Shown here piece after piece: positions 47,201-58,802 of a stretch of 60,000 nucleotides of DNA. The notes beneath the pieces were generated by a model. It was not told the origin of the DNA. It ran no database searches and saw nothing but the letters and a program-made list of their open reading frames with translations. Numbering within the stretch: position 1 is the stretch's first letter; every line of letters starts with the position of its first letter. This DNA is from Vicugna vicugna (lineage: Eukaryota): the NCBI GenBank assembly GCA_013265495.1, contig MU058233.1:285038-345037 (forward strand), written 5' to 3'. The translations under genes were made by a program, and so were the position numbers.

Positions 47201-50200
47201 CACCCACCCACCCATCCGTTCATCTGCATTAGCCTGTACAACTACATGACTCTACACACTGTGCAAAGCTGTATTAAGATGAGGAAGTCAAACTGAGAGG
47301 AGAAGCGAGCTCAGTGTTCCTAGCCCAGTCCTCTAGGCCAAAGCTCGGCTACACCAGAGGCCCAGGCTGAGGCTGATAGGAACCCAGGCACCCTGCCTCA
47401 CAGGCTGCCTCACCTGGATGCATCCAAGAGGGACCAACCACCATCTTCCTTTTTGGCCGTGCAGATTTCCCTCCTTTAACCAAAAACCGGGGCTTTGTAT
47501 TCACTCTGGAGAAAACTGTGCATTCTTTTTAGAGATTTCACATCTGAACCTAATTTTTAAAAAAGATTTACAATCTGCTCAATCGCCCATCCCCTCCCTA
47601 ACTCCAGCCCAGGCCCAATTTCAAGAAACAATTCCTACAGGGCAGCCAAGGCTGATGCCTCCCTCTTGTCACACAGACGCCTCGATCTGCAGGAACGATT
47701 CATCTCCAGGGCAGAATTTGACTGGATTTAGCTTTGGCAAGGCAAGTCTCATCTCCCGGGCTCAGTGGGCTCAATTCATAAATTTCTGACAAGAAAACAT
47801 CTCTTCCTGGACTCTCTGAGGATACATACATATGCGCACACACATATATTTTATAAAAACAGCTGTTCCAGTGTTCTGTTCCCAGTGCCAGACACACAGG
47901 AACTTCTGAGCTGAGCTTTCATTCCAGATTCCTCCCGTTTGTTTCACTGAACACTATGAATATCTCAAATAAAAGGAAAAACTAGGGTCCCGCTTTCTAA
48001 ACAAGTGGTTCTCAAAGTGTGGTCCTTGGACCACAAGCAGCAGCATCACCCGGAACTCCTTAGAAATGCAGATTACCCAGCCCCAGTCAGACCTACTGAC
48101 GCAGAAGCCCTGGGGGTGTTTTAACAAGCACCCCTCGGCGGGGGGGGGGGGTCTGATGTTTGCTGGAGTTTGAGAACAGCTGTGCTGACGCTGGCGGCTT
48201 CCTCCCGCTCCCCCACCCTCTCAGCCATACTCTGAGCGCTCGGCCTGACGGTCTGTTTCAGAAGCTCTGTGCCTTGAATACCACACCTTCTTGAGATTCT
48301 GTCCTCAAGTGGAGTGAGGCTGTACTTCTTAGGTCACGATGCCCAGGGAACCAAGCTTACTGTGAAATGACCAAGGAGCTCTCTGGTCAATATCACGGAT
48401 GTGGAAATCTCTCCTATCTGCCCCAAACATATGGAAATGATAGACAAAGTTATTCTAAATGTTAAAATAATACACTAGAAAACAAGATGAAGGAAGAGAA
48501 ACACGCACCTGGGGCCCAGGGGTTGACTGTGTGGCCAGGATTCTTTTGTGAAGCCTGGAGCTGGGACGAGGCTCCCTGATTATGAGAAGCTGAAACCAGC
48601 TCTGATTGGTCCCTGGGGCTCAGCCAGAAATAATCCCTTGAGCTAGAGGGCAGAGGCATACACAGCGCCTGGAATCAGGCTGACTCTCCGCCTGAGGAAT
48701 GAAACTGGGAGACCTCAAGGTGAACGCTGAGTCGCCATCAACCACAGTTCAATGAAAAAGAAAAAGGAAAAAGTCTGTCACTAGATTCTGAGCCGTGGAT
48801 CCAGGAGGGTGCTGGGGCAAGATAATCGGAAACTTCCTTCCAGGAACGAGTGAGTGTGCTGTGAAGATATGACTCGCATGAAAGATGAGCTCTCAAAAAA
48901 ATTACGAAGCACACGAGGAAATCCAGTTTCAGGAAGATCACGAACAAATCCAAGGTGAGTGAACTTAAATCCAACCGAAGAGAGAGAAAGAAGAGTGACT
49001 GAAAAGGACCTCAGTAGACTGTTAAGATTTTCAAAGAGATGAAGGAATGAGGGAAAAGCATTCAGCAATAAAGAACAGGAGGTTATGAATCAGAACAGGC
49101 AGTTATAAAAAAAGAACCACCAGATCTGAAAAATATCAATGGAAATCTCACAAACATAAAATGTATTCATTTAAATTAAAAACTAAAGCTAAACACATGG
49201 CTTAAATGGTCGTCTGGATGCGGCTGAATGTAGAATTTGTTCCCTGGAAGACAGAGCTGAGGAACTCACCCAGAACGCACTGCAGAAAGAGGAAGACATG
49301 GTAAAGTGGATGAGATCTGAGACCTAGAGGGTCGAGGGGGCAGTCCCACCAGGCATCCAACAGGATTTCCAGATCAGGTGAGGCCGCATACCAAGCACCT
49401 GAGTACTTTCCAGACCTGTGAAACGGAAGCCTCAGGCTGATAACGTACCAGGACTCACGACGAACACAGGGCAGAGAATCCCAGAACACGGGGGATTCTG
49501 GGCCCAGGACTACTTCCAGCCATTCCTGTGTGGCTGTCTGTAAACTCAACCAGTGTACAGCCAGGACAGAATTTGACTAAATGTTTCCAAACTTTATCTG
49601 ACACCGAAAAGCAAGACAGCAGCCAGGAAGATTCCAAAAGAATAATGAGGAAGGATTCAATTGCTAGAGATGAGCGTATTTTACAAAGCAGGAGATAACG
49701 GCTAAGAATAGAGAGTTCAAAATCCACACAAACACATCTAGAAGCACTTGGAATATGATAAAGGTGGCCTCTCCTAACGGTGGTAAAGGATGGAGTGGTT
49801 AATGGATGGTGTGAAAAGAGTCGTCCCCTACTTCAAAACGATATAAAGAAAGGTCACAACCTTACTTGTATAGAAAACACGTTCCAAATGGATTAAAGCT
49901 TTTAATGTAAAAAAAAAAAAAAGAAGTGTAAAGTGTCAGAAGGAAATGTGGTCAGATAGTCTTTTGAATAGGCCTTGCTAAGAATGACAGCAAACGCACG
50001 AGTCGTTAAAAAAAGCAGACACTTACACTAAAAAATTCTGTGTAGAAAAGTCAACATCATAAATTAAGAGCAGAAAAGCACTCGTGTCACACAATAGCGT
50101 TAATGCCCCTCATGTATAAAGGGCTCTTAAAATCTACTGCAAACGAGGAAACCAGGAGAAAAAAACTGGCAAAGGAGGAAAAACACATGGTTAACAAATG

Positions 50201-53200
50201 TATAAAAATGATCAAGCTCATTAGGAACTGGAGAAACGCAAGTTAACCAGCAAGACAGTCCTTGTGTGTCTGTCATATGTGAAAAAAGGAAAACTGAATT
50301 TCATCAGATCACGTGTGTTATATACCTGGGGGACGGACTCCTCGGGTACCATTTGAGGACACAGACACACATCACACTCACACACACAGACACAGACATA
50401 CACACAGACACGCCACACACACACAGACACAACATGTACAGACACAGACACACAGACACACACAGACATACCACACACACACAAGACACACCACACACGC
50501 CACACATGCAGACACACACGCAGACTTTTGTAGGGGGTAGGGAGGAGGATTTGGCAAAATACGTATCAGAAGCCAGATATGTGTGTCAGCAGATCCAGCA
50601 ATTCCATTTCTAGAAATTTATCCCAAGGAGATTCTGAATCATGAAGGAAGATTCAGGCATAAAAACATGGTCTCAGCGCTGCTTGGAGGAAGCCCCACCG
50701 CCTAGTAACTGACGCGGCAGGTGACAGAGAATGTGCCGGAATGTGCACTTTTATGAGATGTCCACGTGCATAAAACATGAACAACTACGTGGTGCACACT
50801 GTGCACACCTGCACGTGGAGAGAGAGCGTAGACACGCAGCTCATCTCCGAGGGGACAACCACCCCAGCAATGACACAGACAGAATTGTGGGCGACTTAAT
50901 TTTGTTCCAGTTAGCCGACCTCCAGGTTTTCCTAATTAAAGTCAGTTCTACAACGTATTCCAGAAGTCCCTGCACAAACATCAATGAATACTATCTCGTG
51001 TTTGTTACCTTTCATTAATCCTCAAACAGCCACAGGAGTGAAGCCCTTCCAGCCCCTCGGGGACAGAAGTGGAAACTGAGGCTCAGAGAGAGGTGGCCCA
51101 GCTGGTGGACAGGGAGGGGCAGCCTCCCCGGGCGAGTCTCAGGGGGCCTTCCGAAGACCCTGTGTGTGCCCAGGGCTCTTCCCCATGACATTCAAGTGGA
51201 CCAAGAATCTCCCTTCCCTGCGTGGCATCTGCCTCCCCTGCCTGGGGGCCCGGTTCATCTGCTCAGGTTGGGCGGAGGCTGGCTGGGCAGGTGAGGGGCT
51301 CACCCTGTGGTGACAGCCTTGCCCCGGGAAGCTGCTGGGGAGGGGCCATGCGTCCTCACTTTACCAGCAGACAGACCCACTTGTGACTAGAACAAGCCCT
51401 TCCTGAAAGCTGCTCTCTGTCCTCACCAAGAAAGGCCCAGGACCAGCCTGGGCGTCCATGGAGCAGCGTGGACACCCCCTCGCTCCCTCCACAAGTAATG
51501 ATGCCACTTCCCTGCTCGGGCAGGACAGGAGCCTGTATGACTCTGTTCTTGGAGAACGAGAGAAAACCAGCCACCTGGCCCGCAGACGGTCTAACGCCAC
51601 TGCAGCCCCTCAGAGGGTCTGGAGTTGAAGGCGCAGTACCTGCCCTCAGTGCTGAGAGGTTTGCCTGTAACGCCCCGGGCGGGGGAGCAGCGAGTCAAAG
51701 TTTTAAAATAGAGACGCAAACGATTTCCAATTTCTGCCCTGCTGATGGCTCTCCCAGCCAGGCGCGCGTCGCTGGTTCTGTCTTGACCTTTATCAAACCT
51801 AATGGATGCGTCGGATTCATTTCCCCCTAATTGGCTGCAGGACTTTCCTCATTAGGGGACGAGCAGCTGGCACATCTACAATCATAGAAACATAAATTGG
51901 CACCGAGATCACAGAATTACTCCTCTAATTGGATTGCGTTGATCAGAAGGGCTGCGTGGGCGCTGGTGTTAATGCTGGATAGACACGGCGGTGGTGGCGA
52001 GGCCCGTCTGTGTGCGAGCGGGTGTCCAGGAAGCCATGGGGCTGCTCGCCGCCTCTGCGAGGAGGACCACGCTCCTGCCTCAGGGCCTTTGTACTTGCTG
52101 TTCCCCTGCCAGGAACATGTCCCCGTAGCCACACGGCTGGCTTCGTCTCTTCATTCATGTCTGCTTATTCGTCAGCATCTCGGGGTTCCTGTACCTGATG
52201 GTCCCATTTAAAAGGACCACCGCCGCCATCCCAGACATCCCCTCCCCCTTCCTCGCTGAGTCCCCCGCACCTGGGACGGGCTCGCACCCTTATTCAGCAA
52301 CGAGACACTGTTCCACCAGTGAAGAGCTTGCTTCCCTTCGATGTGTCCCCCCACTGCTCCAGTACTTAAGGCAATACAGAGGCTCTGTTTCCCAGACGAT
52401 TCTTCTGTTCATTCCAGAAATAAATTGCACACCAGCTCATGCCGCCACACAGACAGAGGGGCAGCCCTGCTCCCGCAGAGTCACTCATGCTCCCACCCGC
52501 GAGGGAGGGAGGAGACTGGGGTTTCTCCCCCTTTCCTGTTCCCCACACTGCAAAATCCTGCTGGAGAATGCTCCCTTGGTCCTCCTGACGCTCCAGGTGA
52601 CATCAGAGATGGAGACGTGCTATCTCTCCGCCGCCCTCTTCCAGGCCACGGCAAGCCCCTGGGCTCGCAGCGCTCAAATTCCTCCCGCCTGTCATGGCCC
52701 TCAATCCCTGGCCGGTTCCACTGACTTGGTTGGCGAGCTGGCCCGCTTGCCCCTCCAGGCAGTTCCCCTCCTGTCCTCGGGCTCCCAGCTGGGTTTGGTT
52801 TGGAAGGAGACAGGGACAGAGAGCCGTGGGGGTGCTTCTCCTCTGCCCCTCCCTGTGTGGGCGCCTTACGCCTCCCGAGGTGCTCCATCCTCCCCACCCA
52901 GGCGCCCATCCACAGAGCCCCTGCTCCCCTCACCCAACCCGAGGGTCGGGGGCAGCAGCGCAGCTCCCCCACCTACCGTCTGTTCTCTGGTGGCCCCTCT
53001 GCAGGACTCTGACCAGTCCCCAGGCTGACAGCCTCTAAGTCTGGGAAGGATTCGAGTCCAACGCAGAGGTGGTGGAATAAATCAAATGTGGAGAATTGGT
53101 CCTTCACCTTAGGCTCAGAAATCACTTGCAAAGGTTTGGTCTTTAATGATGAAAACAGTTAAGAAAAGTTGGCATCTTCGACTAGTTAATGCAGAGGAAC

Positions 53201-56200
53201 GAATTAGTGATCTAGAAGACAGGGCAACAGAAAGCACCCATTCAGAAGAACAACAAGATAAGCAAATAAAAAATAACGATAATAGCATAAGGGACCTATG
53301 GGATAATATAAAGCGTCCCAATCTTCGCATAATAGGGGTCCCAGAAGGGGAAGAAGGATCAAAGGGGATTGAAAAGGTTTTTGAAGAAATCATGACTGAA
53401 AACTTCCCAANNNNNNNNNNNNNNNNNNNNNNNNNNNNNNNNNNNNNNNNNNNNNNNNNNNNNNNNNNNNNNNNNNNNNNNNNNNNNNNNNNNNNNNNNN
53501 NNNNNNNNNNNNNNNNNNTTGCCCCTCCAGGCAGTTCCCCTCCTGTCCTCGGGCTCCCAGCTGGGTTTGGTTTGGAAGGAGACAGGGACAGAGAGCCGTG
53601 GGGGTGCTTCTCCTCTGCCCCTCCCTGTGTGGGCGCCTTACGCCTCCCGAGGTGCTCCATCCTCCCCACCCAGGCGCCCATCCACAGAGCCCCTGCTCCC
53701 CTCACCCAACCCGAGGGTCGGGGGCAGCAGCGCAGCTCCCCCACCTACCGTCTGTTCTCTGGTGGCCCCTCTGCAGGACTCTGACCAGTCCCCAGGCTGA
53801 CAGCCTCTAAGTCTGGGAAGGATTCGAGTCCAACGCAGAGGTGGTGGAATAAATCAAATGTGGAGAATTGGTCCTTCACCTTAGGCTCAGAAATCACTTG
53901 CAAAGGTTTGGTCTTTAATGATGAAAACAGTTAAGAAAAGTTGGCATCTTGAAGAATCTGCCAGATTAACCTCCTGATTCCATCTTAATATGCATAACTG
54001 AGGGTCGAGTCTAAATGTGTGGCTTAACACTGGAATGTGTCAGAGAATTTAAAATGTTTGCAAACAGTCCTGGAATGCTTCCGAGAATTTGAGATTTGGC
54101 GTAAGTTTAACATATGAGACACACTAGACTTTTTTAAGCACGTAGGAGAATTTCTGCTATGATATCAGGCATTCAAAGTGCTCCAAGAGAAAAAAGGAAA
54201 CACGCCACATTTGTAAGTGCCATCTTAAAAGGGTCAAGGGAATTTAATTAAGTAAAGGCAGAAACAGAACTGATTTTTGTTTAATGGCATTTAATCTGTT
54301 CAATCTGAGTTAGTCAAACATTAATCAAAGAAAAAGAGAAGCTGAGTATTCTTATTCTGTTAGATTTATAGCCATACTATGATCTCTTGATTTAACGTGA
54401 AAGCTTAAAGCAGACAGCTTGGAAGTGCGTAACTTCACTGAATTGTCCACAGCTAGCCTTGAGCACTCTTTTCTGTGACTGAAGTCTCCGTATAGAAGAC
54501 AAACAAAAGCATAAATGAAACCCCAGAAACAAAACACCAAGAACCGAGGACCCCAAACCGATCGGAGCCCAGCCCCGCATCAGCACAGCTCGGCCGCAGG
54601 AGACCCCGAGGCCCGGCCCCTCGACATTTCCCCTCCGTCCACGGGTACCGCCGGACGGCTCGATCACACGGCAGACCCCGCACAGAGCAAGAAGCACGTG
54701 AACCACGCTGGCTCGTGGTCCCCGGAGTGGCGGCCATCCACATCCCTGGGGGGGGGCTCGGTGATCTGCGTTTAAGGAACCTCGAAGGGGTTCCGGTGCA
54801 GCTGGAATCTGGGAACCAAGGCCCGGGAACCTGCGCCCCCCCGCCGGTGGGTTTCCCGGCCCCTCCTGCTCTACCTGCAGACCTGCTCTGTTCAGGTGGA
54901 GGGCAGCACCCCAGGGCCCCAGACTCGGCATCACCGCTAACAATGAGTCTTGGTCCAAATGATGCTCCAAAAATTGCCTCATAACGACATCCCTGTTACT
55001 ACGTTTGCCCATAATAATATCCCTGTTAAGGGGTGAATTGTGTCCCCCAAGTGTGTGGGTAAGTTAGAGTCCTAACCCCCGGAACCTCAGAAGGTGGCCT
55101 TATTCGGAGAGAGGGTCTTTTTTTACATTGAAGTACAGCCAGTTACAACGTGTCAACATCTGGGGTACAGCTTCACGTCCCAGTCAGACATACATATGCA
55201 CGCATTCATTTTCATAGTCCTTCTTGAAAGGTCCTTACAAGATATTGAATATAGTTCCCTGTGCTATGCAGAAGAAATCTGTTTTTTATCTGTTTTTACA
55301 TATGGTGGTTATCATTTGCAAATCTCAAACTCCCAAATGTATCCCTGCCCACCTCCTTTCCCCCGGCAACCATGCGATTGTTTACTAAGTCTGCGAGTCT
55401 GCTTCTGTTTTGCAGATGAGTTCATTAGTGTCCTTTTTTCCCTTTATTTCTTCCTTTTGTTTTTTTTTCCAGATTCCACACACAAGTGCTGTCATAAGGC
55501 ATTTGCCTTTCTCTTTCTGGCTCACGTCACTTGGAATGGTGATGCCCGGGTCCACCCATGCTGCTGCAGTGGTGGGGATGGGGTCTTAAAGGAGGTAATC
55601 GGGTAAAAATGAGGTCATTCAGGGGACAGGTGTCCTTATAAGAGGCAGACACACACAGAGGGCAGAGGACGTGAAGACACAGGGAGGAGACGGCCGTGTG
55701 ACAGCAGTGCTGGGTCCACGAGCCCAGATGACAGCTGATACCAGAAGCTGGAAGGGGCAGGAAGGAGCGTCCCCTGGAGCCCCCAGGAGGGAGCACAGCC
55801 CCGGCCGCACCTTGGCTTCCCAACCGGCCTCGGTGCCAGGAGAGGCGTGTCTGCGGCTTTAAGCCTTCGGGATGAGGGTGTTCTGTTAAAAACAGCCTCC
55901 AAGACTAACAGGTCCCGCCCCTCTGTTCACTGCAGCCAAGACACAAAAGCAACCTCAGTGTCCTACAGCAGATGAATGGATAAGGGAGATGTGGTGTACA
56001 CGTATATATACGTATACACACCATGGAATACTACTCAGCTGGAAAAAGAATGAAATCTTGTCATTGTCAATGACATGGATGGACCTCCAAACCATTATGC
56101 TGAGCGAAGTAAGTCACACAGAGAAAGACAAATGCTATATAATTTCACTTGTATGTGGAATCTATAAAAAGCAGCCCAAACAAACAAAAAGCAAGCTCAC

Positions 56201-58278
56201 AGGTTTGGAGGGTGAGGCATGGAGGGTGAGGGCTGGGAGAGGGGGAGATGGCTGAACCGGTTTTTTGGTAAGAAAACAAAAAACAAGCTCAATTTTATTT
56301 CTCTTTGGAATAAAGGGAGGCATTGCACGATTTTTTTCTCTGTCATACACTCAGAAAGCTGACGAAACAGCCGAGCCACTTAGGCAGAGGAGAATGCAGC
56401 CCTCCTCCCTGGCCCAGTGGTGGCCGTGGGCCCGTACAAGCCTCCATGGGACCCCGACATCTGGGAGCTCTGGGCTGAGTGACAGGGACTTCCAGGCCAC
56501 CCCCAACCTGCCCACCCACTTCTCCCCACCTCAGCCATGGCCTCTCCACCCTCCCAGTTGCTCAGGCCAAGTGACGCCAAGGCACCTTTGACCCCCTCGC
56601 ACCCCCATGTGATCCAGCAAACCCTGTGGCTGCCTCCTTCAGGATGCATCAGATGTACGTAGGATCTGACCAGCTCCTGCCTGGTCCAATCCATCTATCT
56701 CCCTGCGTATTCCAGAAGCCCTGGTCTTCCTTGCTCTGCCCTGGCCCACTCCTCCCTGGAATCACAGAGCTTGGAAGAATCTCTGAAAGAGACGAGGCAG
56801 CTCGAACATCTGCTCGAAGCCTGACGGCTCCCACCTCGCTCCCAGCAAAGCCAGACTCTCTCCTCCTACCCGGCTCCTGCCACACTGGCCTCCTCACTTC
56901 AGGGGCCCAGCAGGCACCATCCTGCCTCAGGGCCTTTGCACCTGCCATTCCCTCTGCCTGGAACACTCTTCCCTCCCCCCCGCTCCCCCCATCATCCCAC
57001 GAATAGCCCCCTTGAGGCCCCTTCTGGCAAGGCCTTCTCCGAACATCCTCTTTAAAACTGCACCCCGGCCCCTCCCACCAGGCGCGTCTGGCATCCTCTC
57101 TGCTTCACTCCTCCCTTTGGAATTTCTCACTAAGGATGCCTTCTCTTCTCTATCACCTCCTCCCCTGGAAGGAGGGCCACAGAGAGGCAGGATTCCTGTC
57201 TGTTTCATTCCCTCTGTAGCCGGGGCTCAGAGCGTGGGTTAAAAGAGGCCCAGCTCCCTGGGGGAAACAAGGCTCTGGGAAGGGGCTGCAGAGGGTCTCG
57301 GCTGGCCTGCCCGCTGAGCCTTTAAAATTTCGAAAGCCGACGGTCACACTCTGCTCCCGAGGGCCGAAGCTCTCCACACCTGCCTAGCGAGGGCTGCTCC
57401 CACGGCCCCGGACACGGAGTGATGCGGCGCCCTGCCCAGCGGGGCTGCAGCCAGGCCGCAGTTTAGGGCACCCAGGAGAACAGGCCTGACCATCCTGGAG
57501 TCCTGGATTTGCAGCCAAGATTCTTCCAGAACTTTCCATCATGTCTCCAAGCAACCAGGGGGAGGAGGTTTGCAAACAGGAAGAGTCACTGGGGTGGAGG
57601 GAAAGGCGTGGGAAGGAGGGGCTGAGGTTCAGTCACCCCTGGACCAGCTCGGGGCCGCCCTCCGGCTGCCCACTGCCCTCAGAACAGAGTCTGGTGCCTG
57701 CCCAGCAAGGCCCCGGATGCCCATCCTGCCTGGAGCCTTCTCTATACGCTGCTCCCTGAGGGCAGGGTGGGGGCTTCGGGCGCCCACAACCCGCATCTGC
57801 ACCCTGCCTTCCACATCCACCCAGACACGCCCACAAAACAGCGTGGGTCTCCTCGCCGTGTGCGGGAGGACCAGCTTTGACAACTTCCAACCTGCCCCCC
57901 ACAGCCCACACCTCACGCACCCAGACAGGTGGCTTGAGAAATAAAGTAACACAAAATACAGCCTTTTGTTATCATATTCAACAGACGTAACTTTGCCCAG
58001 TCCTGTTGCCACTGAAGTTTCCTACATTGACTTAAGTTTGGGGTTTGTGTCCCCCGACCAGTAACAAGCAGCTCACGGACCAGCCGAGCCCAGCCCCCGG
58101 CGGGTCTGCTCTGCACACTGTCCTCACGAAAGGCCCTGGTGCCGGTGCAGTGACACTCACCCTCATGCCCAGCTCAATGTTCTCCCCGCCGTACACCTCC
58201 ATGCCCGGGTCCAGCAGGCCGATGTCCCCGAAGTACTCCCGGTCCACCACGAAGGAGCAGCCGATCATGGCCGGGGTC
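35121..58278 (-). CDS. GALNT9: Polypeptide N-acetylgalactosaminyltransferase 9, last six coding exons; gene continues beyond the right edge
   Basis: Exons 58278-58161, 43017-42832, 41644-41507, 41195-41100, 37165-36998, 35267-35121. YGGEN variant of the Gal/GalNAc-T motif, [17 protein letters not shown], ricin-type lectin domain, synteny with NOC4L/DDX51. Confidence 0.96.
35401..35765. repeat. Minisatellite with 30-bp unit (CCTCTGTCCTCCACCCCTGTCCTCGGTGAC), about 12 copies
   Basis: Tandem units read directly. Confidence 0.97.
36998..37165 (-). CDS. GALNT9: GALNT9 exon (lectin beta)
   Basis: [31 protein letters not shown]...LWDFTQ. Confidence 0.95.
37600..37720 (+). mobile_element. MIR SINE
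   Basis: agctgtgtggccttgagcaagtgacgccacctctctgtgcctcagtttcctcgtctgtaa (MIR core). Confidence 0.75.
39298..39742 (+). mobile_element. MLT1C/D-type solo LTR
   Basis: tgttatgggttgagttgtgtccccacaaaag...cctaacccccgggtacct...ctgtaagcca...cagggcactagcaca. Confidence 0.82.
41100..41195 (-). CDS. GALNT9: GALNT9 exon (lectin alpha)
   Basis: [32 protein letters not shown]. Confidence 0.95.
41507..41644 (-). CDS. GALNT9: GALNT9 exon
   Basis: [35 protein letters not shown]...YGE. Confidence 0.95.
42832..43017 (-). CDS. GALNT9: GALNT9 exon
   Basis: [26 protein letters not shown]...AWNIPMT. Confidence 0.95.
43725..43800. repeat. Degenerate (TTCTG/TTCCA)n pentamer repeat
   Basis: tctgttctgttctattcgattccattctgttccattctg. 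Confidence 0.7.
43808..44208 (+). mobile_element. MLT2 (ERV-L) solo LTR
   Basis: tgatggttaattttatgtgccaacgtgactg...ccaatcagttgaaggcctgaatagaac...gagaacccagactaacaca. Confidence 0.85.
45350..45445 (-). mobile_element. MIR SINE
   Basis: acagatgaa...ctgaggctcagaggagttaag...ccagggtcacacggct. Confidence 0.65.
46795..47222. repeat. (TCCA)n microsatellite in two blocks, part of a tandem duplication with about 248-bp offset
   Basis: Read directly. Confidence 0.92.
48001..48183. mobile_element. MER5A hAT MITE
   Basis: agtggttctcaaagtgtggtcc...agcagcatcacccggaactccttagaaatgcagatt...agtttgagaacagctg; terminal inverted repeats. Confidence 0.85.
48780..50660 (+). mobile_element. Ancient fragmented L1M-type LINE (ORF1 and ORF2 remnants)
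   Basis: A-rich; decayed ORF1 near 49215 (ctggatgcggctgaa...ctggaagacagagctgaggaactcacccagaa) and 3' ORF2 motif cagcaattccatttctagaaatttatcccaagga. Confidence 0.65.
50358..50525. repeat. CA-rich compound microsatellite
   Basis: (CACAGA/CACA)n. Confidence 0.9.
53179..53410 (+). mobile_element. Young LINE-1, 5' junction within ORF1, runs into the assembly gap
   Basis: Open frame [15 protein letters not shown]...[23 protein letters not shown]...[10 protein letters not shown]. Confidence 0.95.
53411..53518. other. Assembly gap (108 N)
   Basis: N run. Confidence 1.
55024..55910 (+). mobile_element. MLT1 solo LTR interrupted by an antisense L1 3' fragment
   Basis: MLT1 start tgttaaggggtgaattgtgtccccc...gagagggtcttt, resuming gggtcttaaaggaggtaatc...gtgtccttataagagg. 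Confidence 0.78.
55118..55575 (-). mobile_element. LINE-1 3' UTR fragment, apparently the same family as 31329-32046
   Basis: Reverse complement of the L1 tail (catttgcaaatctcaaactcccaaat; gtctgcttctgttttgcagatgagttcattagtgtcc). Confidence 0.85.
55915..56240 (+). mobile_element. Older L1 (L1MA-like) 3' fragment
   Basis: gatgaatggataaggga...atggaatactactcagc...acatggatggacct...agtaagtcacacagagaaagacaaa. Confidence 0.8.
56490..57240. mobile_element. L2 fragments
   Basis: cctgcctcagggcctttgcacctgccattccctctgcctggaacactcttccc and similar. Confidence 0.65.
58161..58278 (-). CDS. GALNT9: GALNT9 exon (catalytic, YGGEN)
   Basis: [39 protein letters not shown]. Confidence 0.95.
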
Positions 58279-58675
58279 CTGGCAGGAAGCAGACAGCACG
58301 TGAGCCGGGCGTCGGTGCCTGACCCTGGACCCCTGCCTGCCACCGTCCTTCCACGTCCCCACACGTCATCCCCATGCCCCTCGCCTCCACGAGATCACTG
58401 TGCCCAGGACACAGGCAGGACTGCCTTGGGCTTGTCTTTGTGTCCCTCAGAGCCTGCTGACACACCCAACGCAGACGGAGTCCAAATGCTCACTGAATAA
58501 ACATCAGCGGTGACAAAAACCAGCATTCAATTCAGGCAACTTAATGTAGGGGATTAAAAATTTTCTTAAACCTCTTTACTCAACGAATTGTTTAGTCACC
58601 CTGAACGTCATTTCCCAAGCTTGAGTCACTTGCCTACCTCCTTCATTATTTTGTTTTCTCTGTGTATCAGTAGTC

Positions 58676-58802
58676 GGGGCTGCAATGGACAGTTGCATAG
58701 GTTGTGCACTGCTCAACTCTATGGCGCCTCACTGATCTCAGACTCTGAATGACACACCTTGACGTTGGACAGTGCACAGCCTGCGCAGCTGTATCCAGCA
58801 GA
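58676..58802. mobile_element. Palindromic MITE (MER91-like hAT)
   Basis: Inverted arms agttgcataggttgtgcactgctcaac and gttggacagtgcacagcctgcgcagct. Confidence 0.6.

Noticed and set aside
53146..53784. Chimeric L1-ORF1/host ORF
   Set aside because: It spans the N gap and is an artefact of translating through Ns.
58676..58802. Hairpin as a candidate pre-miRNA
   Set aside because: The arms fit the terminal inverted repeats of an old MITE; there is no expression evidence.
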